From contig CAWFJJ010000008.1 of assembly GCA_963816185.1 (NCBI GenBank), positions 96,001 to 160,000 on the forward strand: a DNA stretch of 64,000 nt. Direction: 5' to 3'. Positions within the stretch are counted from its first letter, which is position 1, and each line of letters starts with the position of its first letter. This document shows positions 35,736 to 48,022 of the stretch, one piece after another. The position numbers and the translations under genes are program-made. This DNA is from Thermoanaerobaculia bacterium (GTDB lineage: Bacteria > Acidobacteriota > Thermoanaerobaculia > UBA5066). The notes below the pieces were generated by a model. The model worked only from the letters and a program-made list of their open reading frames with translations. It made no database searches and had not been told where the DNA came from.

Positions 35736-37280
35736 ATGAGTAAGCCCGATTCCGAACACTTACCTCCAGACGCCTGGCGGGGCTGGGCCGTCGCGACGAT
35801 CGCGACTTGGAACTTCGTTCCCGAGGCGCTCGTCTGTCTCGAGAGCTTCCTCGCCCAACACCCGGGCGCGGAGGCGCACCTCATCCTCGTCGAGAGGCAG
35901 GGGGCGGTCACGGCACTCGAGCAAGGAGGTGTCCAGGCGTCGTTCGCGGAGTCGCTCGGCGTTCCTCGGCTCGAGGATCTTGCCTTCAAATACTCACCCC
36001 TCGAGCTGAGCACCGCGCTGAAGCCGTTCGTGCTGGATCGCCTCCTCGACAGGCCCGGCGTCCGGGCGGCGGTGTACCTCGACGCCGACGTTCTCGTCCT
36101 CGCGCCGTTCGACGAGGCTCGGCGGCAGCTCGAGACGCACGATGCGCTCTTCACGCCGCACCTCCTCGAGCCGATGCCTCGCGACGGGCTCCGGCCGACG
36201 GAGATCGACTTCCTGCGCTGCGGCTCGTGCAACGGGGGCTTCATTGCCGCACGCCAGGGAGAGACGTCGCGCCGATTTCTTGGCTGGTGGAAAGAGCAAC
36301 TCGAGGAGCACTGCTTCGTCGACCTCGAGCCGGGCGTTTTCTTGGACCAGAAATGGTTGGATCTGGCGCTGGTCCTATTCCGGGGCGTTGCGGCGCTCCG
36401 CCACCCCGGCTACAACGTGGCGTACTGGAACCTTCAGGAGCGGGGCGCGATCCGCGGTGGCGACGGCGGCTGGCACGCGGGCGAGGCGCCGCTCGTCTTC
36501 TTCCACTTCAGCGGACTCGACCGGGAGAATCCGGACGCGGTCTCGCGTCATCAGAACCGCTTCCGCCTCGAGACGCTCGGGCCCGACGCCCGCCGGCTCT
36601 TCGGCGAGTACCTGGAACGCTTGAGACAGGCCGGGGCGGCGGCAGGGGGGATCGCACAACAGCCGTATTCCTTCGGTGCGTTCTCCAACGGCGTCCGCGT
36701 CGCGGGTGTGATGCGCCGCCTCTACCGGGGCCTCGGCGAGACGCGCTTCGAATTCGGAAATCCGTTCGATGCCGAAGGGCCGCAGAGCTTCTTCTCGTGG
36801 ATGCTGACGCCGAGCGGACGATCCGAAGGACCCCTTCCCCCGCTCGTGCGCTTCGCCTTTCAGACTCGCCATGACGTCTGGCGCGTCTATCCGGACCCGG
36901 AGGTGCGCGATCGGCTCGGCTTCCTGCGCTGGATGGCGGAGAACGGCACGTTCGAGCTCGGATTGGACGAGACATGCCTCGCGCCTATTCGGCTGTTGAT
37001 ACGACAGGAGGAGGAGCGAGTGTGGGCGCTCGCCGAGGAGCTGCGCCGACAAGAAGAGGAGCGTGAGAAGGCGCTGGCCGCGGAGCGGATGCGGCTGGAG
37101 GAAGAGCAGCGGGCGGCGATCGAGGCACTCGAGGCCCGCTTTTCCGGCGTTCCAGAGGCCGTTTGGAAGAAGTTAGTCGCGAAGGCGATCGGATTCGAGA
37201 AGTACGCGCGCCTTCGGAAGGCCTTCTGGATTTCGAGGGGAATTCTCCGAGAGCGGAAACCTTTGGCGCCCCGCAGCTGA
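35736..37280 (+). CDS. GT8-like glycosyltransferase with C-terminal coiled coil
   Basis: ELSTALKP, YLDAD, DQKWLD, HPGYNVAYWNL, FFHFSG; tail EEERVWALAEELRRQEEEREK... Confidence 0.82.
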   Translation: MSKPDSEHLPPDAWRGWAVATIATWNFVPEALVCLESFLAQHPGAEAHLILVERQGAVTALEQGGVQASFAESLGVPRLEDLAFKYSPLELSTALKPFVLDRLLDRPGVRAAVYLDADVLVLAPFDEARRQLETHDALFTPHLLEPMPRDGLRPTEIDFLRCGSCNGGFIAARQGETSRRFLGWWKEQLEEHCFVDLEPGVFLDQKWLDLALVLFRGVAALRHPGYNVAYWNLQERGAIRGGDGGWHAGEAPLVFFHFSGLDRENPDAVSRHQNRFRLETLGPDARRLFGEYLERLRQAGAAAGGIAQQPYSFGAFSNGVRVAGVMRRLYRGLGETRFEFGNPFDAEGPQSFFSWMLTPSGRSEGPLPPLVRFAFQTRHDVWRVYPDPEVRDRLGFLRWMAENGTFELGLDETCLAPIRLLIRQEEERVWALAEELRRQEEEREKALAAERMRLEEEQRAAIEALEARFSGVPEAVWKKLVAKAIGFEKYARLRKAFWISRGILRERKPLAPRS

Positions 37281-37424
37281 TTTCCGGCGGCCCTGCGGAC
37301 GAGCTGAAGTTCCGTTTCGATGGTCTGTCGCGCCGACGGACGCCCCTCCGGCCTGAATCTCAGGTCGGGCAGGTCCGCACGGCGCCCTCAATTCCGCCAG
37401 GGGCGCGCAGGGTAGGAATTTGTC

Positions 37425-37453
37425 TTGCAATGCCCGCAAATTGGACCTACCTT
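37425..37453 (+). promoter_or_regulatory. Possible sigma70 promoter
   Basis: TTGCAA-17 nt-TACCTT upstream of a strong AGGAGG RBS. Confidence 0.4.
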
Positions 37454-37506
37454 GCGTTTAAGGTTTCGTCAATTCGCGCTGAGAGGTTTCTTTAGGAGGA
37501 GTGTCT

Positions 37507-39249
37507 GTGAAAAAAACGATTGCGTTTGCTGCGGTAATCCTTCTCTCACTTTCAACGGCTTTACTCGAAGCGGAGACGATCAAGAACTGGTCCGCACCTT
37601 CGACCTGGACGCCACCCTCGGCTCAGTCGTCGGGGGGGCGCAACCCGCTCATCGTGGCGAACCCGCCGCTGCCGTTCGTTCCCGTTACGCCGTGTCGTGT
37701 CGCGGATACGCGTGGAAACGGCTTTACCGGCCAATATGGTCCGCCCGCCCTCGCGGGCGGTGTCCCGCGCAACTTCACGATCGCGGGACAGTGCGGCATC
37801 TCGGCAACAGCCGCGGCCGTGTCCTTCAACTTCACCGTCGTAAACACCTTGGGCCCCGGCTTCCTGAAGGTCTTTCCGCAGGGCGGCGTTGCGCCTACCG
37901 TCTCGACGCTGAACTACGTGGCCGGTCAGATCATCGCCAATGCCGCCATCGTACCTCTGGGGACGGGCGGGCTCACGGCCATTGCCGGCGTCTCGGGCTT
38001 CGATCTGCTCATCGACGTCAACGGGTACTATAGCGCCACGACGACGACCGGCACTTTCACGATCATCAACGCTTCTGGCGGCGGGATTCTGGGAGAGTCG
38101 ACCAGCGGTGGGATCGGCGTCTATGGTTTCTCGACGGGTGCCGGCGGCTGGGGCGTCTTCGGAGCCAATGACAGCGCAACCGGCTACGGGGTCTACGGGT
38201 TCAACACCGGATCTGGCATCGGCGTCTTCGGCTCCGCCAGTACGAACGTCGGCACCAAAGGCAAGAGCACCAGTTACAACGGAGTCTGGGCCGAGTCGAC
38301 CAATCAGGACGGTCTCTTCGCCTCGGGCGGGCGCGACGGCATTTACTCGCAGGGCGTGCGAAACGGCATCATCGCCGTCTCGAACGCGACCACTGGGACC
38401 ACGCAGGGGGTGCTCGGGTTCAACGCGAACACGACGAACGGGTCTTCAGGCGTGATGGGCCAGGATTTTAGCGGCTACAGTCCGGCGGTCGGCAGTCATG
38501 CGGCTGGTGTCCTCGGAAACAGTCAGGATGGCTTCGGCGTCCTTGGAAATTCCCGGTACATTTCAGTGTACGGACAGCTCCGCAGCAGCACAGACACGCA
38601 ACTCGCGTTCGGTCTGCTCGGGACGACTTTTGGGACCGCATTTGACGCGACAACGGGTCCATGGGCCGTCTATGGCGGCGGAAACTTGGGCATAAGCGGC
38701 TCGAAGCACTTCGTCGAACCTCACCCGACTGACGCGAAGAAAGTGATCCTGTACGCGTCGCTCGAGGGCCGTGAGGTCGGCACCTATTTCCGCGGGACCG
38801 CCTCGATCGTCGACCACCAGGCCGTGATCGTGGTCCCGGAAGATTTCCGGATGGTCACCGACGAAGAGGGTTTGACGATTCAGGTGACGCCGATCGGCGC
38901 GTACTCGCAGATCTACGTCGAGAACCAGGATCTCAACCAGATCGTCATCCGCGGCTCGCAGGACGTTCAGTTCCACTACATGGTCAACGGCGTTCGGCGG
39001 GCTTTCAAGAACTTCGAGCCGGTCCAGATCGGCTACGAGTTCATGCCGCAGTCCGCCTCGGATCGCATTCCGGCTTATCTCACCGAAGAGGCGAAGGCAC
39101 GCCTCATCTCGAACGGCACGTACAACTCGGACGGGACGGTGAACATGAGGACCGCCGAGAGGGCCGGTTTCACGAGGATATGGGCCGACCGCGAAGCGGC
39201 AGTGAAGGCCGCTGCCGAGAAGAACGTTAAGGCAGACCAACGGCCGTAA
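37507..39249 (+). CDS. Exported fibre-like protein: N-terminal PCRxxDTR domain, GVxG repeats, phage-tail-fibre-like C-terminal domain
   Basis: AGGAGG RBS; signal peptide; shared domain 37675-38031; many G-(V/I/L)-x-(G/A) repeats; SKHFVEPHP...YASLEGRE..YFRG. Confidence 0.85.
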   Translation: MKKTIAFAAVILLSLSTALLEAETIKNWSAPSTWTPPSAQSSGGRNPLIVANPPLPFVPVTPCRVADTRGNGFTGQYGPPALAGGVPRNFTIAGQCGISATAAAVSFNFTVVNTLGPGFLKVFPQGGVAPTVSTLNYVAGQIIANAAIVPLGTGGLTAIAGVSGFDLLIDVNGYYSATTTTGTFTIINASGGGILGESTSGGIGVYGFSTGAGGWGVFGANDSATGYGVYGFNTGSGIGVFGSASTNVGTKGKSTSYNGVWAESTNQDGLFASGGRDGIYSQGVRNGIIAVSNATTGTTQGVLGFNANTTNGSSGVMGQDFSGYSPAVGSHAAGVLGNSQDGFGVLGNSRYISVYGQLRSSTDTQLAFGLLGTTFGTAFDATTGPWAVYGGGNLGISGSKHFVEPHPTDAKKVILYASLEGREVGTYFRGTASIVDHQAVIVVPEDFRMVTDEEGLTIQVTPIGAYSQIYVENQDLNQIVIRGSQDVQFHYMVNGVRRAFKNFEPVQIGYEFMPQSASDRIPAYLTEEAKARLISNGTYNSDGTVNMRTAERAGFTRIWADREAAVKAAAEKNVKADQRP

Positions 39250-39273
39250 TTCCCCACGAGAGTTCAGAAGTTC

Positions 39274-39308
39274 GGGCCGCGGCGCATGCCGCGGCCCTTT
39301 CCCTTTTC
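39274..39308 (+). terminator. Rho-independent terminator
   Basis: GGGCCGCGGC-GCAT-GCCGCGGCCC followed by TTTCCCTTTT. Confidence 0.75.
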
Positions 39309-39349
39309 AGGCCTTGGATTCGGCTGCAGAAAGCTGCGCCTGAGCGACT

Positions 39350-40546
39350 TCACTCCTCCGTCGAGCCCAGCAGCTCGTGGTAGGCGCCGGCCACGTCGAT
39401 CTCCGCGTACGCGGCCGCGCGGGCGCGGCCCTTCCGAACGAGCCTGTCGCGCGTCTCGTCCTCCCGCCAGAGCCGGAGCATCGCGTCCGCGAGCCCGGCC
39501 TCGTCGTCGGCGTCGAAGAAGAGCGCGGCGTCACGCGCGACCTCGAGGAGCGCCGGGAGATCCGAGCACGCGACGGGCGTTCCGAGCGCCATGGCCTCGA
39601 GGACCGGCAGGCCGAAGCCCTCGAAGAGCGACGGAAAAACCAGGAGCTCGGCCCCCTCGAGGAGGGCCGTGGCGTCGGCATCCTCCAGATAGGGAAGGAG
39701 GCGGACGTTTTCCTCCAGGCCCAGCGCCTCGATGCGGCCGCGCAGCTTCTCGCGGCTCTCGTCGAGCGCGCCGCAGAGGACGAGAAGGAACTCCGGCTCC
39801 TCGCGCACGATGCGCGCCGTGGCCGCGAGAAGGCGCTCGTGGTTCTTGTGCGGCCAGAAGTTCGCGGGATACACGGCGAACTCCGCGCGGTGGAGGTCGA
39901 GGTCGTCGAGGCGATTCAAGGCGTCGCGCGGGTCGAGCGCTGCGCGAACCCCTCCCGCGACCGGCGGCAGCACCGTGATCCGCTCGCTTTTCACGTGCAC
40001 GCGCTCGACGGCCATCGCCTTCGTGGCCTGGGAGATCGCCACGACCCGGTCCGCGCGCCTCAGGTCGCCGCGGAACTCGATGCGCCGGCGGTGCTCGTCG
40101 GCGTCGAAGAACTGCGGGTAGACGAGGTCCTGGAAGTCGTAGGCGACGACGACGTGCGGGAGGCCCGTCTCGTGGAACGCCGCCGTGCCGAGCGGACTGA
40201 AGAGCACGTCGGCGCCGAGGCGTTTCAGCGACGTGCGGTCGGGAGCCGCCAGCTCCAGAAGAGGCTGGAAGAACCCGTGGAGGCGCCGGCGCGTGCGGAG
40301 AATCTTGCGCGGCTCCTCGACGTCGAGGCCGGGCCCGAGGCGGTGCAGGACGGCGCCTTTCGTAATGACCTGCGCCACCGCGGCTTCGGCTTCCGGCTTC
40401 ACGAGCAGGTGGATTTCGTGCGCGTCGGGGCGCTCCAGGAGGGTCTCGAGGAGGCGCAGGACGAAAACGCGCGCTCCTCCGTTGCCGCCGTCCGGCGACA
40501 GGGGCGCGAGGTCGACGAAGACCCGCAGCCTTCGCCCCTTTGACAT
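39350..40546 (-). CDS. GT4 glycosyltransferase (MtfB/WbaZ-like)
   Basis: YPANFWPHKNH, FPSLFEGFGLPVLEAM. Confidence 0.9.
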   Translation of the reverse strand: MSKGRRLRVFVDLAPLSPDGGNGGARVFVLRLLETLLERPDAHEIHLLVKPEAEAAVAQVITKGAVLHRLGPGLDVEEPRKILRTRRRLHGFFQPLLELAAPDRTSLKRLGADVLFSPLGTAAFHETGLPHVVVAYDFQDLVYPQFFDADEHRRRIEFRGDLRRADRVVAISQATKAMAVERVHVKSERITVLPPVAGGVRAALDPRDALNRLDDLDLHRAEFAVYPANFWPHKNHERLLAATARIVREEPEFLLVLCGALDESREKLRGRIEALGLEENVRLLPYLEDADATALLEGAELLVFPSLFEGFGLPVLEAMALGTPVACSDLPALLEVARDAALFFDADDEAGLADAMLRLWREDETRDRLVRKGRARAAAYAEIDVAGAYHELLGSTEE

Positions 40547-40574
40547 CCTTCTACTTTCCCACAAACTGGAGGGC

Positions 40575-41573
40575 ATGGCGCGCATCCTCATCACGGGCAT
40601 CACGGGCCAGGACGGCTCTTATCTCGCGGAATCGCACCTCGCGAGCGGCGACGAAGTGGACGGGCTGGTCCGGCAGTCGAGCCTCCTGCAGCGCACGCGG
40701 ATCGACTCCGTGCCGGCCCTCGTGAACGCCCGTTCCACGGGCCGCCTGAAGCTGCACTACGCCGATCTCTCGGACACGAGCAGCCTCCACTCCGTGCTGC
40801 GCAACGTGAAACCCGACGTGATCTACCACCTGGCCGGACAGAGCCACGTGAAGATCTCCTTCGATCTGCCCGAGTACACGGCGGACTCGACGGGGATCGG
40901 GACCCTGCGTCTCCTCGAGTCCATGCGCCACGTCGTGCCCGACGCCCGGCTGTTTCTCGCGGCCACGAGCGAGATCTTCGGCGAGGCGAAAGAGTCGCCG
41001 CAGAGCGAGCGGACGCCGATGAACCCGATCAACCCGTATGCGGCCGCGAAGGTCTACGCGCTGAATCTCGTGCGCATCTACCGTCGGGCCTACGGCGTCT
41101 TCGCCTGCGCGGGAATCCTCTTCAACCACGAGAGCCCGCGCCGCGGCGAGAACTACGTGACGCGGAAGATCGCGCGCGGCGCGGCGCGCATCGCGCGAGG
41201 GCTCCAGAACGAGCTTCACCTCGGCACGCTGACGCCGAAGCGCGACTGGAGCTACGCCCCGGACATCGTGGACGGCATCCGCAGGATCGCCTCGGCTCCG
41301 AAGGCAGACGACTTCGTTCTCGCGTCGGGAAACCCGCATTCGGTCGGAGATTTCTGCCAGGCTGCGTTCGGCGTCGTGGGGCTCGACTACGGGAGGCACG
41401 TCGTCCTCGATCCCGAGTACGTGCGCCCGGTGGACATCACGCAGACTTGCGGCGATGCGTCGAAGGCGCGGAGCGAGCTCGGATGGGCGCCGAAGACGCG
41501 CTTCGAAGAGCTCGTGAAGATCATGGTAAACGCCGAGCTCGCCGACCTCGACGCGCACGGGGACGCCGCCTGA
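40575..41573 (+). CDS. gmd: GDP-mannose 4,6-dehydratase
   Basis: ITGITGQDGSYLA, QSHVKISF, PYAAAK, GILFNHESPRRG.NYVTRKI. Confidence 0.93.
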   Translation: MARILITGITGQDGSYLAESHLASGDEVDGLVRQSSLLQRTRIDSVPALVNARSTGRLKLHYADLSDTSSLHSVLRNVKPDVIYHLAGQSHVKISFDLPEYTADSTGIGTLRLLESMRHVVPDARLFLAATSEIFGEAKESPQSERTPMNPINPYAAAKVYALNLVRIYRRAYGVFACAGILFNHESPRRGENYVTRKIARGAARIARGLQNELHLGTLTPKRDWSYAPDIVDGIRRIASAPKADDFVLASGNPHSVGDFCQAAFGVVGLDYGRHVVLDPEYVRPVDITQTCGDASKARSELGWAPKTRFEELVKIMVNAELADLDAHGDAA

Positions 41574-42466
41574 GGCCGCCGGCCGTCCTCATGCCCGCCT
41601 TCCGGCGGGTCGAAGCGTCACGGCGGGCGATCGCCTCGCTGAGAGCCGCGGGCGCGGAACGCATCATCTTCGTGGACGACGAGGGAGCTTCGGACGGAGG
41701 CGCGCTCGCGCGAGAGTTCCCGGGCCTCGACGTGATCCGGACCGAGAAGCCTGCCTGGTGGACCGGCGCGATCGTCCTCGGAATCGAAAGAGCGCGAGCG
41801 CAGACCGAAGGCGCGGTCCTCTTCTTCAATCAGGACGTGACCTGCGCTCCGGACTATTTCGCACGTCTTCTCGCCACGGTCGAGAAGAATCCCGGTGCTC
41901 TCGTCGGCAGCGCGATCTTCTACGTGCAGGAGCCGTCGCGCGTCTGGTCCGCGGGCGGCGCCGTGGAGTGGTGGGGCCGTGGCATTCGCGTGCTGCACCA
42001 CGGCGCGCCGGCAGCGTCGCTGCCAAAAGAGCCGTTCGCGGCCGACTGGCTCTTCGGGATGGGGACGTACGTCCCGGTCGAGGTCTTCGACCGCATCGGC
42101 CTTCCGGACGCCGCGCGCTTCCCGATGGCGTGGGGCGACCTCGACTTTTCCTTGCGCGCGAAGCGGGCGGGCATCCCGGTGCTCGTGGATCCGGCGGCAC
42201 GGCTCTTCCACGAGGTGGGCGAGTACGACGCGCGCGTCGCGGGCGCGCCGAGCGCGAGGCAGTACGCCGGGTGGATGGCGGACGACAAGCACAATCTCTC
42301 GCTCTCCGCTCACGCGGAGATCTGGAAAAGGCACGGCCCACGGCTCCTGTGGCCGCTCTCGCTGGCGATGAGAATCGGGTTCCTGCTCGTCAATTTCATT
42401 CGCATTCGGTTGAAGTTTCCGCGCGAGAAACGCGCACGCGAAGGTAAGGATGGTTTTTCTGCTTAG
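41570..42466 (+). CDS. GT2 glycosyltransferase
   Basis: AVLMP, FVDD, WWTGA, FFNQD, WGDLDFSLRA; start uncertain (CTG 41570 or ATG 41591). Confidence 0.8.
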   Translation: MRPPAVLMPAFRRVEASRRAIASLRAAGAERIIFVDDEGASDGGALAREFPGLDVIRTEKPAWWTGAIVLGIERARAQTEGAVLFFNQDVTCAPDYFARLLATVEKNPGALVGSAIFYVQEPSRVWSAGGAVEWWGRGIRVLHHGAPAASLPKEPFAADWLFGMGTYVPVEVFDRIGLPDAARFPMAWGDLDFSLRAKRAGIPVLVDPAARLFHEVGEYDARVAGAPSARQYAGWMADDKHNLSLSAHAEIWKRHGPRLLWPLSLAMRIGFLLVNFIRIRLKFPREKRAREGKDGFSA

Positions 42467-42631
42467 AAGATTCGTCGTGCGGCGGTGTGCCGTCCACAGC
42501 GGGCTCCCTCGGCCCGGTACCCCCTGCTCCTTCGCGCGTGAACTCGCTTCGCTCAGACAGCACGCGCGTGCGTCGCAAGGGGCACCGGCGCCTCGCTCGC
42601 CCCGGCCCTCACCCCATTCACCTTCTAAGAA
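42462..42631. repeat. Palindromic intergenic element (REP/MITE-like)
   Basis: Terminal CTTAGAAG/CTTCTAAG inverted pair; internal stem CCGGTACCCCCTGC..CGCGCGTG / CACGCGCG..GCAAGGGGCACCGG around the loop AACTCGCTTCGCTCAGACAG. Confidence 0.6.
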
Positions 42632-42652
42632 GGTCCTCTTCGGGCGTTTCCT

Positions 42653-43543
42653 GTGAGCAACAGGCTGCCTTCAATCTCGCTGGTCACTCCCTCGCTCAAC
42701 CAGGGAAAGTTCATCCGCGCGACGATCGAGAGCGTTCTCTCGCAGGGCTACCCGGATCTCGACTATCGCGTGCAGGACGGCGGCTCGACGGACGGGACGC
42801 TCGCGGTGCTGCGCGAATACGAGCCGCGCGTGGCGGTCGTCTCGGAGAAAGATCGCGGGCAGGCGGACGCGATCAACCGTGGCCTCTCGAAGGCGACAGG
42901 CGAAGTCCTCGGCTACCTGAACAGCGACGACCTCCTCCGGCCGGGCGCGCTCGCCGCGGTGGGCGAGGCCTTCGCGTCCGATCCGGAGCTGATGTTCGTG
43001 TGGGGCCGCGCGAGCTACATCGACGAGGCCGGCAGTGTCGTCTCGCCGTACCTCGCGAAAGCCGACGCGATCGAGCGCCTCGCGGATGCCTGCTTCATCG
43101 CGCAGCCGGCGGCTTTCTTCCGGAAGAAAGCCTGGGAAGAGATCGGGCCGTTCGACGAATCGCTCCATCACACGATGGACTACGACTACTGGCTGCGCAT
43201 CGCGGCACGGTACCCGCGATCGAGGATGCGCTTCCTCGACCGAGAGCTGGCCGGCTGCCGGATGCACGCAGACGCGAAGACCGTGGCGGGATGGACGCGG
43301 GCGCTGGACGAGATCTTCGCGCTCGTGAAGAAGCACACCGGCTACGTCTCGCTCTGGTGGTGCGTGGCGAAGTGGGACCATCTCACCGACGGCCGCAGCC
43401 AGGCCACGGACCCGCATCCCGTGCCGTGGCGTGCGTATCCGCCGGCAATCGCCGAGTTCCTGCGGCGGAATCCGACGCGGCTGTGGGGGAGAGGGCTGAA
43501 GGGCAGCCTGGGAGGCCTGAGGAAGAGGTTTGGCCAGCGTTGA
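42653..43543 (+). CDS. GT2 glycosyltransferase (WfgS/WcaE-like)
   Basis: ISLVTPSLNQ, DGGSTDGT, DRGQADAIN.G, LNSDD, MDYDYWLR. Confidence 0.92.
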   Translation: MSNRLPSISLVTPSLNQGKFIRATIESVLSQGYPDLDYRVQDGGSTDGTLAVLREYEPRVAVVSEKDRGQADAINRGLSKATGEVLGYLNSDDLLRPGALAAVGEAFASDPELMFVWGRASYIDEAGSVVSPYLAKADAIERLADACFIAQPAAFFRKKAWEEIGPFDESLHHTMDYDYWLRIAARYPRSRMRFLDRELAGCRMHADAKTVAGWTRALDEIFALVKKHTGYVSLWWCVAKWDHLTDGRSQATDPHPVPWRAYPPAIAEFLRRNPTRLWGRGLKGSLGGLRKRFGQR

Positions 43544-43554
43544 CGAACAGGGTT

Positions 43555-43797
43555 TCAGCCGAAAAGCACGTCGAGTAGCTGTTCCCGATCGACTTTCGCG
43601 TGGCTGGCAACGTCGTCGAGTATGGCGGCGAGCGTGCCGACCTTTAGCGGCGAATGCACGGGAACCGTGATGTGGTGGGCACCGCCCCGTTCGGTGGTCA
43701 ACCTCATGTGGCTGCCCGACTGGCGGGTAACCCTGTAGTCAAGTTTTGCGAGCGCGCGCGCCAGATCGACGCCCGCCAGATCCCGCGGCAGCTTCAA
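43555..43797 (-). CDS. hicA: HicA-family toxin
   Basis: RQSGSHMRL, ITVPVH..LKVGTL..IL. Confidence 0.88.
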   Translation of the reverse strand: MKLPRDLAGVDLARALAKLDYRVTRQSGSHMRLTTERGGAHHITVPVHSPLKVGTLAAILDDVASHAKVDREQLLDVLFG

Positions 43798-44006
43798 ACG
43801 GCGAGCACCTCATCGCGAACGAAATGAAGCCTTACGGCTCTCGGCGCCGCGTTCTCTTCGAAGTGGCACCGGATCGCGTCTCGCACGCGCTCGTGCAATT
43901 GCTCGAGATCGTCCGCTTCCGTGAAGATGCTTTCGCCAACTGCCTGCGCGACGTAGCCACCCTCGGGGGCATCCTGGACGACGAAGAGAATCTCAGCCGG
44001 GGTCAT
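43794..44006 (-). CDS. Short HicB-like antitoxin
   Basis: Real gene at the tail of shadow ORF 43794-46799: EGGYVAQA....[10 protein letters not shown]...VRDAIRCHF; TTGA overlap with hicA. Confidence 0.78.
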   Translation of the reverse strand: MTPAEILFVVQDAPEGGYVAQAVGESIFTEADDLEQLHERVRDAIRCHFEENAAPRAVRLHFVRDEVLAV

Positions 44007-44090
44007 CCAGCACAGCATAGCGGGCTCGCCGGCCCGAGGGAAATCCCTTCTCCGAACGAATCGTCTCCGGGTCCATAATCCCCGGCCCCG

Positions 44091-46949
<2,859 letters not shown>

Positions 46950-46963
46950 AATTTCCAGTCACC

Positions 46964-47953
46964 GTGATCACCGGCTTCAACACGGACGTGAAGCACGAAA
47001 CGAAGGTGTTTCACGTGCAGACGGAGGATCGCGGCCTCGCGAATCCGGTGGTGGAGTCGCTCGTCTACGTGGGCGGCGAGATCCTGATGTCGAAGAAGAG
47101 CCCCTACCGGGACCTCATCAGCGGCGATCGCGTGGACGAGAAGGCGCTGCGCGAAATGATGGACCTGCAGCACCGCCGCGTGATCGAGGCCGTTCGCCGC
47201 GGCCGGCTCGACAAGGGAAAGATCGGCGACGCGCCGTCCGACTGGGCCGACGACACGCTGCCGCATCCGGAGAAGATGTCCGCGGCGGCGCTGGCGGCGG
47301 TCCACGCGATCCTCTCGGCGCCGCCGGAGCCGCTTCCGGGCGATCGGCCGGCCCCCGGCAAGCCGCGTGTCGTGACGAGCGCGGCGAGTCCTGCGTCCGT
47401 GCCGCCTGCGCCCCCGGCACCTGCCCCGGCGGCGCCGAAGTCGAGCGCAGCCTTCGTGCCTCCCGCCGGCGCCGTATCGCCCCCCAAGCGGACTGCGGCG
47501 CCCGCCCCGCCCGCCCGACCCGCGGCGCCGCCGCCTCCCGTGCAGGCTCCCGCGCCGCCGGCCCCGCCGAAGCCGAAGTCCGGCACCGCGCTGCGCTCCC
47601 TCGATCAGGTCATCGTCGACTACCTCGCCTCGGAGGCGGCTTCGGAGCACCTCGAGATCGCCCTCACGGCCGACGGCGACCTCGTTTCCGGCGAGTCCGT
47701 GGCGCTCACCGTGAAGGCCTCGACGTCGCTCACCGAGAAGCCGCTCGCCGGCGCCCACGTGTCGATCCGGGTCGTTTCCACCGTCCGGCCCCCGCAAATC
47801 CTCTTCCGCGGCGTCACGGGAGCCGACGGCATCGTGAAGTCCGTCTGCGTCCTGCCCGACATCGGCACGGGGAACGCGGCGCTGATCATCGCGGCCTCTT
47901 CCGGCCTCGGGAACAACGAGATCAAACAGCTCATCCGGAAGAAGCCCCGTTAG
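46964..47953 (+). CDS. Conserved hypothetical protein (GFNTD..HVQTED domain, Pro/Ala linker, Ig-like C-terminus)
   Basis: GTG 14 nt after uvrA stop; MITGFNTDVKH...FHVQTEDRG; SLDQVIVDYL. Confidence 0.78.
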   Translation: MITGFNTDVKHETKVFHVQTEDRGLANPVVESLVYVGGEILMSKKSPYRDLISGDRVDEKALREMMDLQHRRVIEAVRRGRLDKGKIGDAPSDWADDTLPHPEKMSAAALAAVHAILSAPPEPLPGDRPAPGKPRVVTSAASPASVPPAPPAPAPAAPKSSAAFVPPAGAVSPPKRTAAPAPPARPAAPPPPVQAPAPPAPPKPKSGTALRSLDQVIVDYLASEAASEHLEIALTADGDLVSGESVALTVKASTSLTEKPLAGAHVSIRVVSTVRPPQILFRGVTGADGIVKSVCVLPDIGTGNAALIIAASSGLGNNEIKQLIRKKPR

Positions 47954-47959
47954 GTGCGC

Positions 47960-47988
47960 TTGAAGCCCCGGCGCCGAGAAGGTATATT
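47960..47988 (+). promoter_or_regulatory. sigma70 promoter of tRNA-Lys
   Basis: TTGAAG-17 nt-TATATT followed by a GC-rich discriminator. Confidence 0.6.
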
Positions 47989-48022
47989 GCCCGGCCGCTT
48001 CGGGGCACACTCGGAGCTGTAC

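Noticed and set aside
37290-37412. Hairpin-rich intergenic region with GGACGC..CCTCCGGCCT resembling a c-di-GMP-I riboswitch
   Set aside because: Lacks the GCAAA segments and the GNRA tetraloop, and lies upstream of the likely promoter; an Infernal/Rfam scan would settle it.
37507-39249. Prophage remnant
   Set aside because: The fibre-like gene has a Sec-type signal peptide and no phage neighbours.
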